A DNA stretch of 64,000 nucleotides. Source: the human T2T-CHM13v2.0 reference genome, Homo sapiens. The translations under genes and the position numbers were made by a program. The DNA is taken from NCBI RefSeq assembly GCF_009914755.1, contig NC_060934.1; one strand, given 5' to 3'. Shown piece by piece: positions 43,138 to 55,830 of this stretch. The notes under the pieces were generated by a model. It saw nothing but the letters and a program-made list of their open reading frames with translations, did no database searches and was not told where the DNA came from. The stretch's first letter is position 1, and the number at the start of each line of letters is the position of its first letter.

Positions 43138-43900
43138 GCATTCATTCATTTGTTCAACAAATATTTATTAAGTTCATGATGTGTCCCAGGCACTGTTCTA
43201 GGTACCGGGATGGAAGAAACCAACCAAACCACACAGACAAAAACCCCTGCTCTCATGGGGCTCGCATTCTAGCGGGGGAAATAGAAGGTGAATGAGATAA
43301 GTAATTAAGTGTAAGTTAGGGGTCACACCAGGGGGAAAAAGAAAACAGAAGGGAGATAGGAGGTGTCAGGGGTGGTTGAAATTTCCAATAAAGAGGCCAG
43401 GGAATGCCTTACTGAAGTTATTTTTTGTTTTTAAATTTTAAAGCCAGTCTAATTAGCAGCGGGGGAGTGTATACCAACTTTAGTGACAGTAATGTTAATA
43501 AGTTCTGATAACACACTGCCATGGGCCCAGCCTGTGCCTGAGTGAAGACAAGAAGCATTGAGGGCAGAAAGATCACCAAGTGCAAGGGCCCTGGGGCAAG
43601 AGCAGAATGAAGCAGAGCCAAGGAGTGAGGTCAGGCAGGTGTGGGAGGGAGCAGGAGGCAGTTCATGCAGTGGGGCGGGGTCGGGGGTAGTGGGGAATCC
43701 TGGAGGGTTTGGCAGAGGAACGCAAAGGTCTGACAGCCCAGAAGGAAGGAGGGCAAGGGTGGAAGTGGGCAGAGCCACCAGGAGACTGCAGTCACCCTAG
43801 GTAGGTTTGGTGGTCGCCGGCTACATCCATGGAGGTGATAAAAGGTGGCTGAAGATATATCTTGAGGGTAGCATCAACATAAACTGTGGACTGACTGGAA
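43138..43900 (-). mobile_element. L2 3' relic
   Basis: cattcattcatttgttcaacaaatatttatt...caggcactgttctagg. Confidence 0.8.
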
Positions 43901-44221
43901 GAATGGAACTTTTTGTTCCACTGCCAGCCCACCCCGTCTCTCCCACTCACTCGTAAACACACATCGGCCCCCAGCTGCCCACACTTCCTACCCTCCCGGC
44001 AGACCCTAATTATCCAGAATTTTTTGACTCCTTCCCAATTCCCAAACCTTCCCTGTCCTGTCCCAGGAAGTCAAATCCAACTCAGACACTTAATAGCAGA
44101 TGACCTCGGGGGAATTATTTTCCCCCTTCTGACCCTGTTGGGGGCTTGGGTTTCATCCTGCCTGCGTTCAGGCTTCTCTGGCCTCGCAAGGGGTCGAACC
44201 AAGAACTGCTGGGTTGCAGCT

Positions 44222-44385
44222 CAGAATCACCTGGTTTGAATCCCACGCTACCACTCATGAGCCTTGGGAAAGTTACTTAACCTCTCTGAGCCTCCAGTTC
44301 CTCTTCTGCGAACTGGAGTGGTATTAATACCCACCGTGTGGAGCTGCTGTGAGAGAAAATAAAACCGCACATGCAATGCGGTTAG
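44222..44385 (+). mobile_element. MIR
   Basis: ccttgggaaagttacttaacctctctgagcctccagtt core. Confidence 0.8.
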
Positions 44386-45745
44386 CCTCCAGTCCACTCC
44401 CTGGTAATGCTCCGATGCTGAATTATCAAATGCTGCCGTATCTTTAAAATAAACGGAATGCAGGTTAGCATGCCTTTCCACCCCTACTCTGTAAACAAAA
44501 TTAGGATGAGAATGAAAAACACCCCATCCTCTTTTTTGCCAAAACAAAAAAAGCATGTTTGTGTCCTCTGACTTTGCTCAGGGTTCTCAGCCTTCTTGCA
44601 GAGAACACTGACTTTGTAGGTAATTAGTGCATTCTCACAAAAAGGGGGATGTCCCAGGGACACCATCTTGTAACCCCCTAGGATTTGGCTTAAGAATTTG
44701 CCTCTGGGGGTCTGCAACAAACTGTGCAAATGTATGTAGCCTCTGAGGGGAGCAGATCTTCCTCCTCCCTGCTAAGGAGCTCCGGTGGTCTCCGGCCTCG
44801 GGGGGCCTGGCTTTCCCTTCACCACAGGCAGCTCACACCTTCTAGAAGCAGGTGAGGATGGGTACTGCTCCCCCTTGGCCTGCCTGGGTATTCACAAGTC
44901 TGTGAGCCAAGAGGCTGTCTCAGGGCTGTCTGGGCAGGTGCCAGGGGATGAGAGAGACAATAAAACACGAGTGCCGGGGCCATTTTCTTTTCTGAAAAGA
45001 TCTTTATTTCCACACTAATTGCAATTTCTGGTCGGCTTCAGTTCAGACTCAGCCTTGCGCGCCTGGAAGTCATTCCTGGCGGGCTTCCTCCACCTTCTTT
45101 TTCTTGGCCAGACGTGGCCAGTCATAAACTGACAGGGAAAAACAGCTCTCCAAATGATTTTGGTGTCTTGTCTAGGGTTATTATTGAGCTTGGGACAAAT
45201 CCCAAACCGGCCTCTGCTGCTGCAGATGCCGACCTGAACTAGCTCCTCTCCACTTTAACTTCACCTTCATCCTGGTTTGCTGATTACAGATGAATTCATT
45301 TTTCATCGGACTCTCCAGGCTGCCCCACAAACCAACACCTACATGAAGGCCAGAGCCAGGCTGGGTTTGTCAGGCAGTCAGGCCCTGTGGGAACTGGAGG
45401 CCTCTCCTCCAGGACTGGACTCACCCTCCCATCTGAAAGGCCCTTTATTCTAGGACTTAATGAGGCAAAAGCAGTTAAGTGCATGGCTATGGAACCCACC
45501 AGATGTGAATGGAGAATGGGGAATTTGCAGGGTGGAGAAGAGTTCAAGGGATGAAAAGAAGGAATTCTGGACAGACTAAGCATGGATGTGGGAATAACAC
45601 GCCACGTCACGTCTATTGACAGACGGGTTTCCCTCAAGCTGCACTCCATGCTTCTCATGGCAGAGGCAGGGAGTTTGTGTTTTTAGGACTTTAGCGTGAA
45701 ACTGAGAATCATCTTGTGTTTCGAGCATAGAGATAACGATGAAAG

Positions 45746-45897
45746 AACACAAAGAAATGATAAATGCTTGAGGTGATGGATACCCTGTTTACCCTAATGT
45801 GATTATTACACATTGTGTGCCTGTATCAAAATATCTCATGTACCCCATAAATAGATACACCTACTACGGACCATAAAAATTAATTTTTAAAAAGAAA
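45746..45897 (+). mobile_element. Short L1MA 3' fragment
   Basis: gataaatgcttgaggtgatggataccc...catgtaccccataaat; TSD core GATGAAAG. Confidence 0.82.
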
Positions 45898-46180
45898 TAC
45901 TGATGAAAGCACAGATTTTTTTAAGGATGGGAATGGGAGAAGTTTCAGTGTATGTCAAGGCTCACAAACCTTATCTGAAAGAGACCGCCGCGGCATGTGT
46001 GTTCCTGTCCTTCCCTACCCCTTCCTATCCCTGAGCCACACCTCTGGCCTTCCATGAAATTCAAGATTGCAAAATCATTGAATTCCAAACGGGTCCATTT
46101 TCTGCTGGGTGCGATTGGTAGTTGGTCTGTATGATGACAGCTAAAGGAAAAAATGCAATTATTCAAAATTATGAGGAAAT

Positions 46181-46328
46181 CCAGGCACTGTGGCTCATGC
46201 CCGTAATCCCAGCTACTCTGGTGGCTGAGGCAGGAGAATTGCTTGAGGCCAGAAGTTCAAGACTAGCCTGGCCAACATAGGAGACCCTGTCTCTAAATAA
46301 AAATAAATTTAAAAATAAAAAATAAAAT
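46181..46328 (+). mobile_element. FLAM / Alu monomer
   Basis: Single left-type arm with A-rich tail. Confidence 0.85.
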
Positions 46329-46619
46329 AATGAAGGAAAAAATGGTTGGAAAACAAAGGATGCAGACCAACTCACTTCATGCCATGTTCCTTCTTAAGGT
46401 GAGAGACAGGTCCTAGATGAGAAGAATTTTATTCACATAAGACTGACCACTACACTATAATAAAAGAGTTAATTTTTATGTTCAGTTTTTTATTCTCTCA
46501 GTTGCCAGAGATGGGGGGAAATCACATTAAGTGCTGGCAGCCAGGTTTTGTCATGAGAACAAGGCATCGAAGGGCGAAGTCCGTGAATGATCTTGGGAAA
46601 TGTGTGTCACCCTGACCTT

Positions 46620-47900
46620 TAGAGACGACTGCATCCTGATTGGCTGCCTATGCCGCCCTCTCCCCGGGAGTCGGGAGGGTTGTAAATACAGAAGAAATGG
46701 AAAGGCAGGTAATCAAACAAGGCCGCCGCAGTACGCGGCGCTGGGAAGGGGAAGGGGGGCGCTTCGGGCTTGAATAGGGTCCTCCGGGTGGGCTGGACCG
46801 TAATCCCCAGTGGAGTGCGCAGGCTTGCGGAAGCACGGGAGGGAGTGCGGAGAGCACAGGAGAGCACAGGAGGGCCCACGTGTGCCCCGTGGGCGTCGTC
46901 CGAGTCCCCCCGCCCCCCCCGCCCCACACACCGCAGGACAGGTAGGGGCGGGGGTGGGTGTGCTGGGAGGTGTGGTGGGCGTGCTGGGGGATGGGTGTGT
47001 TGGGGGAAAGGGGTGTGCTTGGGGGGTGGGCATGCTGGGGGTGAGTGTGCTGCGGGGTTGAGTGTGCTGGGTGGGGGTAGGTGTGCCGGAGGGGTGGGCG
47101 TGCTGGGGGGCTGGGCATGCTAGGGGGAAAGGGGTCTGGGCATCCCAGGGGCGGGGGCTCTAGGCGAGGCCCCCAAGGAAGGAAGCCCCTCCCCCGCACC
47201 CCTGCTGAGTGCGCGTCCAGGTGGATTTGGGGAGCAGGTGGCGCGGATGTCTCCGCCGCCGTCCAGGTGGGCGACTAAGAGTCCTCACCCAGGAAACGGC
47301 GTTTCTGCTCCACGGGAGACCATCCCGAGCGCCGCCTCGGGTCCGGACAGGCCCCGCAGGTCTCGTCCCCCTAGGCCTCTGTAGTGTGACCAGGAGAACG
47401 GATTCTCCTCGGGCGATCTCCATCCAGGTCCTGGGGCCGGCAGCCGCGGCAGGGGAACCTCCTGCGCTCGGGAGGAAGCACAGATTCCAGAGGAGCAGTA
47501 AAATGGCAAATCATGCCAAGCTTCGGGGTGGAGCTGAGGGGGCCCTGACTCCGCCTCGCAGCCCGGGCTTCGGGGTGGGGCGCCTAATTAGTGTTTGCGC
47601 ATTGGCGGCCGGCCGGCTCGGTAACCACGGCGACCGCGCGGCCCCGCCCAGCCCCGGCCCAGTATCCCCGCCCCCCGCATTCCCCATTGGCCGCTGGCGC
47701 TTCCCAGCCTACCAATCACCGACCGCATCTCCTTACAAAGGGTAGAAAGACACCGCCTGGCAGAAGCCACGCCTCGCACCAGGAAGCCCGGCTGACGGCT
47801 TAATTGAGATTAACATAAACTCCAATCAGAGAGGAAAACGCGGACAGGATTACCTAATCGTATATGCTTAAGGGAGTACCACGAGAGCGCGAGCAGCCTC
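46620..47900. promoter_or_regulatory. CpG island / probable promoter
   Basis: Dense CpG; CCAAT/ATTGG at 46639, 47601, 47686, 47712 and 47822; GC boxes at 47641 and 47666; X-box GTAACCACGGCGAC at 47621-47634. Confidence 0.85.
46945..47160 (+). repeat. Degenerate G-rich tandem repeat (unit ~GGGGTGGGTGTGCTGG), G-quadruplex-prone
   Basis: More than 20 G3+ runs and about 11 imperfect units. Confidence 0.85.
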
Positions 47901-48655
47901 GGCAGGGCAGAACAGGCCCTCGGCAGGTTCTTCATCCTGGGTATCTATCTAGACTCTAGTTCAGGCTCCATCATTACATAATTCTATGCCACTTCCCTTC
48001 TAGGGGTATCTGTTTTCTCAATTTAAAGAGAGGGCTCGTCTGTCAGGACCCTACCAACTCCAGATTTCCATGAGCCACAGGGTCTGAGCGACGCCTGCAA
48101 GCCAACACTGTTCATTCAGGCCTGAACGGCTAAGCACTGAATGGGAGGTTGATTTGACTTTGCTTTTTTCTTTGCTTCTGTCTACAGAGGGAGAAATAGC
48201 TGCCTCATTCCCTCTTGCTGGAGAGAAAAAAAAAAAGCAATAGGTGTTTAATCTGCAAGGGAGATGAATTTCCTATCTAACCCAAGGAGATGTGGGACAG
48301 CTCCGGGGTAAAGATTGATAGAACTGTCTGATGTCAGAGCAGCCACAGGCCATAAATAATCCAGTCCAACCCCCTGGCTTTACAGATGAATCAGGCCCAG
48401 AGACGCCAGGCGACTTGAGCAAGGCCACTCAGCTGTCAAGAGCCCGGGTAGAAATCAGTGCCCTTTCTGCTACACCATTCTGAACGGCTCCAGCCACCTG
48501 CTTGCCTCAAGGATCCCAGTTTGCTCTGTCTTCCCTTTCTCTTCTTCCTTCTCCTCTTACAATGTTCAATAATAATTGGCAATGTACAAATCAGACTCTC
48601 AGGACTTCAGAGGCAAGGACCAGGCTGAATTTTTCTGATCCTAGCAAAGGTGGAT

Positions 48656-48806
48656 TCCTTGAAGAAAGCTGCCTTTCAATCTAAAGTTCTGAAGGATTCC
48701 AGTGATTTTGCAACCTGCAGGCTTTGGCTTGGAAGGACTTACAGCCGATTTCACAAACTTTCAAAGCCTTAAGGAGCAGTGATGGAGCATTGGTCAGCAG
48801 TTTCGT
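48656..48806 (+). repeat. Left arm of an inverted duplication (partner 49861-50017)
   Basis: 48677-48726 is a perfect 50-bp reverse complement of 49937-49986. Confidence 0.95.
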
Positions 48807-48892
48807 GAATGACGCTACATTCTCTTATTTTCCAAATGACCTAACCCCACAGCACAGAATCTGCTGGATTTGGTGTCTGTAAAGACTTACCA

Positions 48893-49176
48893 GCCAGGCA
48901 CAGTGCCTCATTCCTGTAATCCCAGCACTTTGGGAGGCCAAGGAGGGAGGACCACTGGAGGCCTGGAGTTCAAGAGCAGCCTGGGCAAGATAATGAGACC
49001 CTATCTCTACAAAAAAATTAAAAACTAGCCAAGTGTGGTGGTGCATGCCTGTAGCCCCAGCTACTTCAGAGGCTGAGGCAAGAAGATTACTTGAACCCGG
49101 GAGTTTGAGGCTGCAGTGAGCTATAATCACAGCACTGCACTGCAGCCTGGGCCACAGAGTTGAGACCCTATCTATC
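48893..49176 (+). mobile_element. AluJ
   Basis: Dimer; tail replaced by a GGAA repeat. Confidence 0.92.
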
Positions 49177-49265
49177 AGGAAGGAAGGAAGGAAGGAAGGA
49201 AAGAAGGAAGGAAGGAAGGAGGGAGGGAGGGAAGGAGGGAGGAAGAAAGGAATGAAGGAAGAGGA
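49177..49265 (+). repeat. (GGAA)/(GGGA) polypurine microsatellite
   Basis: Six consecutive GGAA at 49178-49201, three more, then GGGA units. Confidence 0.95.
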
Positions 49266-49723
49266 CTTCCATCCAAGGATAGATTTCCTCATTTTACGAA
49301 GTCCACCTCATTCCCTTTACCTCTTTCTTGGGCAACCTCCTCTACCCTAGCATCAAGCATTTATCAGATTCCTATAATTTCATCAAATGCAGGCACTTAT
49401 CAGGTTTACAAAAAATAGTCTATCTTGGAGAGCTTCCAATGTGATGTTGAGGCAGAGCAACTGTGTTTAAGGGCAACTCAAGACTAGCCCACCTGAAAGG
49501 TTCCCACACCCAAACTAACCTGCAGGTACAAATGAAGTCACATCAGTTATGAATACCCAGGTTTTGATGACTCACAGCCCCCACCAACAAAACTGCAGGA
49601 CCTTGAGGGCCTCCCACCCTGCAGTGGGCTCAGGGGCTCACTCCCTTGTGCTAATAGAGTCTTTCTCTGCAGCTACCTGTGGTCCAGGGCCTGAAAAACC
49701 ACTTAGAGTCATCACTTCCCCAT

Positions 49724-50017
49724 TGCCTGTAATCCCAGCACCACTTTGGGAGGCCAAGGAGAGAGGATCCTGAGCAGCTGGGGCAACAGGCATGCACTAC
49801 CACACTTGGATAATTTTTAATGATTTAGTAAAGAGGTGGTCTCGCTATCTTGCCCAGCCTATGAATGCTGCCCTATTGCTTCATTGCACCGCTCCTTAAA
49901 GAAAGTTTGTGAAATCAGATCTAAGTCCTTCCGAGTCAAAGCCTGCAGGTTGCAAAATCACTGGAATCCTTCAGAACTTTAGATTGTGGCCATATGAAAG
50001 GCAGCTTTCTTCAAGGA
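49724..50017. repeat. Composite templated insertion: a direct Alu piece, an inverted Alu piece and an inverted unique piece
   Basis: The pieces match 48912-48955 (+), 48979-49070 (-) and 48656-48806 (-). Confidence 0.8.
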
Positions 50018-50421
50018 GAGGTGGGGTAGCGGAGTAGTCACTTATGCCTTGGTCTGGCTGGGTGAATCTGCATTTTTACACAAACAATAGGGCAGAGGAA
50101 GCAATCAGATGTGCATTTGTTTCAGATGAGCCGAGGGATGACTTTGAGTTCTGTCCTTTGTCCTGCACCTGTGAAGATAAGCTATCAATTTACATTGCCA
50201 GAGTGAAATTCAACAGAACTGTTTTAGTGTAAAGATCTTGAGGCCCACAAGGAACTTCCTAGTAGGCAAATTGTGAGGGAGATATGAAGATTTTTAAAAA
50301 TCTTTGTAACTGTCTTATTTAGGAATAGAATGAGAGGCAGGTGTGCCTGATGCAGTTCCCAGCTTGATTTTTCCCTTTGGCTTAGTGATTTGGGGGTCCT
50401 GAGATTTATTTGCCTTTCACA
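50018..50421 (-). mobile_element. MER4A-type LTR, 3'-truncated
   Basis: Homologous to the 5' ~400 bp of the LTR at 21039-21769; ends ...gatttatttgcctttcaca. Confidence 0.88.
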
Positions 50422-50604
50422 TTGGCATGAGGAGAAAAAAATCTATTGAATTGTCTTGAGTAGGCATCCCTCTTCTGGACTTTAATTTGTGCAGGAGGGG
50501 ACACTGGTATTGGTTATCCCACCCAGCCAAGCTTGGGGTATAATTGATTTTTGGTCTTTGGGTTTCTAAATCAGTCTTATGACCTCATTAAAAAATGAAT
50601 GAGG

Positions 50605-50930
50605 GCCAGGTGCAGTGGCTCATGCCTGTAATCCTAGCACTTTGGGAGGCCAAGATGGATGGATCATTTGAGGTCAGGAGTTCAAGACCAGCCTGGCCAA
50701 CATGGCGAAACCCTGTCTCTACTGAAAAAATATAAAAATTAGCTGGGCATCATGGCACATGCCTGTAATCCCAGCTACTCAGGAGGCTGAGGCAGGAGAA
50801 TCACTTGAACCCAAGAGGTAGAGGCTACAGTGAGCCCAGATTACGCCGCTGTACTCCAGCCTAGGTGACAGAGCAAGACCTTGCCTCAAAAAGAAAAAAC
50901 AAAAGACAAAACAAACAAACAAAGAAACAA
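50605..50930 (+). mobile_element. AluS
   Basis: Dimer; TSD core TGAATGAG. Confidence 0.95.
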
Positions 50931-51215
50931 ACTGAATGAGTCCCCCCAGAACCTCTGGGCAGGTGAAAAAAAAAATTAGTTTTTAGACCTACAAACTTAT
51001 GAATCAGATTCTGACCAAATTCCTGCCTATGAGGTCCTACAAGCAGTAGGTCAGAGTCTTCCCAAACCCCTCTGAGCCATAGCCAGCCATATGCATCAAA
51101 TGGTTTTCATGTTTGTTGAATGAACACATGGATGAATGAATGAGCAAATGAAAAAACAGATTACTGGCTGGTTGGCTAGTTGAATAGATGAACAGAAGGA
51201 TGAAAAGAACCATTT

Positions 51216-52257
51216 GATATAATACTTGTCCCCTGAAAATCTCAAGCTGAAATGTGATCCCCAGTGTTGGCAGTAGGGCCTGGTGGGTGGTGTTTGGGTC
51301 ATGGGGACAGACTCCTTATGAATGGCTTGGTGGCCTCCCTGTCGTAATGAGTGAGTTCTTGCTCTATTTGTTCACACAAGAGCTGGTTGTTTAAAAATGC
51401 CTGGCCAAACATTGTTGGTGGGAGTGTAAATTAGTTCAACCATCGTGGAAGACAGTGTGGTGATTCCTCAAGGATCTAGAACTAGAAATACTATTTGATC
51501 CAGCAATCCAATTACTGGGTATATACCCAAAGGATTATAAATCATTCTGCTATAAAGACACATGCACACATATGTTTATTGCAGCACTATTTACAGTAGC
51601 AAAGACTTGGAACCAACCCAAATGCCCATCAATAACAGACTGGATAAAGAAAATGTAGCACATATACACCATGGAATACTATGCAGCCATAAAAAAGAAT
51701 GAGTTCATGTCCTTTGCAGGGACATGGATGAAGCTGGAAGCCATCATTCTCAGCAAACTAACACAGGAACAGAAAACCAAACACTGCATGTTCTCACTCA
51801 TAAATGGGAGTTGAACAATGAGAACACATGGACACAGGGAGGGGAGTTGTGGCCTGTTGTAGGGTGGGGGGCAAGGGGAGGGAGAGCATTAGGACAAATA
51901 CCTAATGCATGTGGGCTTAAAACCTAGGTGATGGGTTGATAGGTGCAGCAAACCACCATGGCACATGTATACCTATGTAACAAACCTGCATGTTCCGCAC
52001 ATGTATCCCAGAACTTAAAGTAAATTAAAAAAAAATGCCTGGCAGTGTCTCTTGCTCCCTTTCACACCATGTGGCACACCTGCTCCCCTTCCCCTTCTGC
52101 CATGAGTAAAAACTTCCTGAGGCCTCACTAGAGGCCAAGCAGATGCTGGAGCCATGCTTGTACAGTCTGCAGAACTGTGAGCCAAATAAACCTCTTTTCA
52201 TTGTGAATCACCCAGTCTCGGATATTCCTTTATAGGAACACAAAACGGACTAAAACA
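51216..52257 (+). mobile_element. MSTB-like solo LTR split by an L1PA insertion
   Basis: tgatataat...aaatgtgatccccagtgttgg; end aacggactaaaaca. Confidence 0.88.
51406..52030 (+). mobile_element. 5'-truncated L1PA (about L1PA7/8) 3' end
   Basis: ORF2 C-terminus and 3' UTR; perfect 13-bp TSD AAAAATGCCTGGC. Confidence 0.93.
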
Positions 52258-54489
52258 ATATTATATATATTGAGAGAGAGAGGAGACAGATATCCCAGGG
52301 GAGAGGGAGAGGGAGAAGGTGGCTCAAGGGCACCAGTGAAGGAGTTGATCTTGCTGCTTAATCTCCCCCTATGTCTCCTGGGAGACTTTTTCCATCAGCC
52401 GTCCAGGCTCTTTCACTGCCTGAACACCTATGTAAATGGCCTGCGTCTCCCCAAGTCCTTTGCTCCTTCAGGGCAGATCCAATCACCCTGTCTTCAGACC
52501 CCACAGTCACATTCATCCCTCTCTGAGCCTGCAGGCTTTATACCAAGTTCTCCTCCAGCCTTGGGTAGGGTTAGGAGGACCCAGGCAGGAGGAAGTGGGG
52601 TATGGAGCTGCTGAGACCCCCAGTGAGTGTTCCCTGTGGGGCCAGAGACAAAGGTGGAAGCGAAACACCTGCTGCTCTCACCTCTGGCCCCCGAGACCCC
52701 CACCCTGCACAAAGGTGGGGCTGTCAGGTGCCAGGGTGGTGGGGCGGCAGCCCCAGAAGGCCCATGTGACCAAGTCATTTTCCCCTCCCCATCTGCTCCT
52801 GGAGAGAGGAATCCCAGGGCAACCTGCGAATACCATCTGTGAAGTTGGCACCTTCAACCACGAGCCCCTCTCAGTGTCTCCGCCTGAACTCCTGGGTCAG
52901 ATTAGCCGAGCGCCTGGCAGGGCTCTGAGGGACTGGGCCTCCACACAGAGAAAAGGCCTGGGTAGGCAGCAACGTGCTGCTCAGAGGGACTGAGAAAATG
53001 AGAACAAAGGGCCACCATTTTGCTGCGAGTCCCTGCTGCTTGGAAACTTTGGCTTTTCTGCTGATTCTGGTGGGAAGCCCCACTCTGCTATCTTAGCAAA
53101 AGGCCAAGAGAGCCAGGAACAGAGCTGGCCGCAGGGCCTGCAAGCATTCCACAAGGGCTGGCTTTTGTTCTCACGCAAGGTTTCCAGCCGAAGACAAATG
53201 CTTTCCACATGGGCTAAGAGAAGGAGACCTCCTTCCACTCGCTTTTGATCCTCAGACACTGCTGCGTGACAATAGTCAGCATCCCACAGACAGCCTTCCC
53301 GAAACAGAGCACCTCAGGGACCTGCCCACCCCCACCTCAGAGTGGGATAACCACCTTTCCCCACTGTGCTGTACCTGACCCCTCAACAACTCAGGATCAT
53401 GCCCTGAGTCCCCAGGGAGCTCCTCCTTACCACCAGGAAAGGTCTGATGCACAGACGACCGCCCTGATGCATAGACTGCTGTTGGTGGACATCCACAGTC
53501 TGTGGTCATACCAGATCCCTGCCCAAAACTACCTTCCCCAGAGCCCTGGGGTCCCTCACTGCTCCCAGATAGACCAGAGTCCTCCCCCTGTAACTAGCAG
53601 CTGAAATTACATGAAAACAAAGCCAACAGCTAGGGGAAAACACTGTCACCGCTGCTGGTGGCCATGTCCATTATTATAGTCTCTCTGCAGGAAATTTGTA
53701 AACTAACTAAATAAATAAAAATAAAATATTCCCTTACAATGAGCATACTCTTGGATTAAGCATGCTCACTTCTAGGAAGCTGTCCCCAGAAAATCAGCAG
53801 TAATGCAGCAAATAACTTCTACATAAGATGCTCCCTACATCATTTGAAAAAGTTAAAAAATTGGAAACAACCTCAGTGCCTACTAATTGGGGATCAAGTG
53901 GTCTCTTGTATTTTGAGTCCATAGTCACATACTCCCATCAAAAATAATGTTTGCTTACACCCTAATAAATAGTCATTTACTTTTAATAAATGATATGTAG
54001 GTACTATCAAACTAAAAGTTTCAGATGCAATACAAAACACATGATATGGAAATTTTAAGCAATATTTTAAATTTGCTCTGTTTTATTCATTAATACTTCA
54101 GAAATATTTTGGTTTAAAAAGAGCCGTGTGATTTTGGATTTAATCAATCATTTCTTAAAGTCTTAGTTTAACATTATAATACAACTGAAAGTTCAATATA
54201 TTTCCATTCCTGGTTATAATAGTTGTTATAATTCAAAACAATCTTTTATAAAGACACAGATACAAATAGAGGAAAGGCATAATTGGGCACAGTTAATAAA
54301 TCAATAAATTAATTTCTCATTCTCATTTACTAAGTATACAGAAATTTTTATTGAAATTAAGCTAAGTAAATTTTCTACTTCTATGATGTCAACCAAGAGG
54401 TCTTACATTTTTTATATTTAATGCATACAAAATACTAAAATTTTCATTAGAAGATCTTTAAACTAGTCAGAAAATTCTGTTTACACATT

Positions 54490-55175
<686 letters not shown>

Positions 55176-55350
55176 CATAGCAGAAAATTTGAAGCTGGAA
55201 GTGATAGCTCTATACTATCAGTGAGGTGGTTCAGTTTAGAAAACAAAACTTTTAATATATGGCAGAATATTTATCATATTTTTAAGGACATAAGGAATAA
55301 GCAAAAAAATCATTTATCTACACAAAGGTTGGGTGTGTAATTTATGTAAT

Positions 55351-55559
<209 letters not shown>

Positions 55560-55611
55560 TCTGCTACAGTAGTTTGCCTGTGAGTAAATTTCAAGTGCGA
55601 TTTACATTATT

Positions 55612-55830
55612 AGCTAATATTTGTTGAGCACTTACTGTGTGCCAGGCAGAGTTTAAGTGCTTTACATATATTGATTCATTTAATTTTCACAACTACCCCT
55701 CATATGGATACAATTATTATCTCATTTCACAGACAAGGAAACTGAGACACAGGGAAGGTGGTGAATTGCCCAAGGTCACATAGCTAGCAAGCAGCAGCAC
55801 TGGAACTTGAACCAGGACAGCCCGGGTCTG
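55612..55830 (-). mobile_element. MIR
   Basis: gagcacttactgtgtgccaggca...cagacaaggaaactgagacacag...cccaaggtcaca. Confidence 0.88.

Noticed and set aside
46945-47160. CRISPR-like or telomeric array
   Set aside because: There is no constant repeat with unique spacers and no TTAGGG units; it is eukaryotic low-complexity sequence.
46619-47803. Overlapping 60-180 aa ORFs in the CpG island
   Set aside because: They are low-complexity Gly/Pro/Arg products expected from stop-poor GC-rich DNA, with no domain signal.
52270-53604. Cluster of 70-185 aa ORFs in unique GC-rich sequence (likewise 37075-38219 and 61702-62680)
   Set aside because: I could see no codon bias or protein similarity, and the ORFs overlap on both strands as expected by chance.
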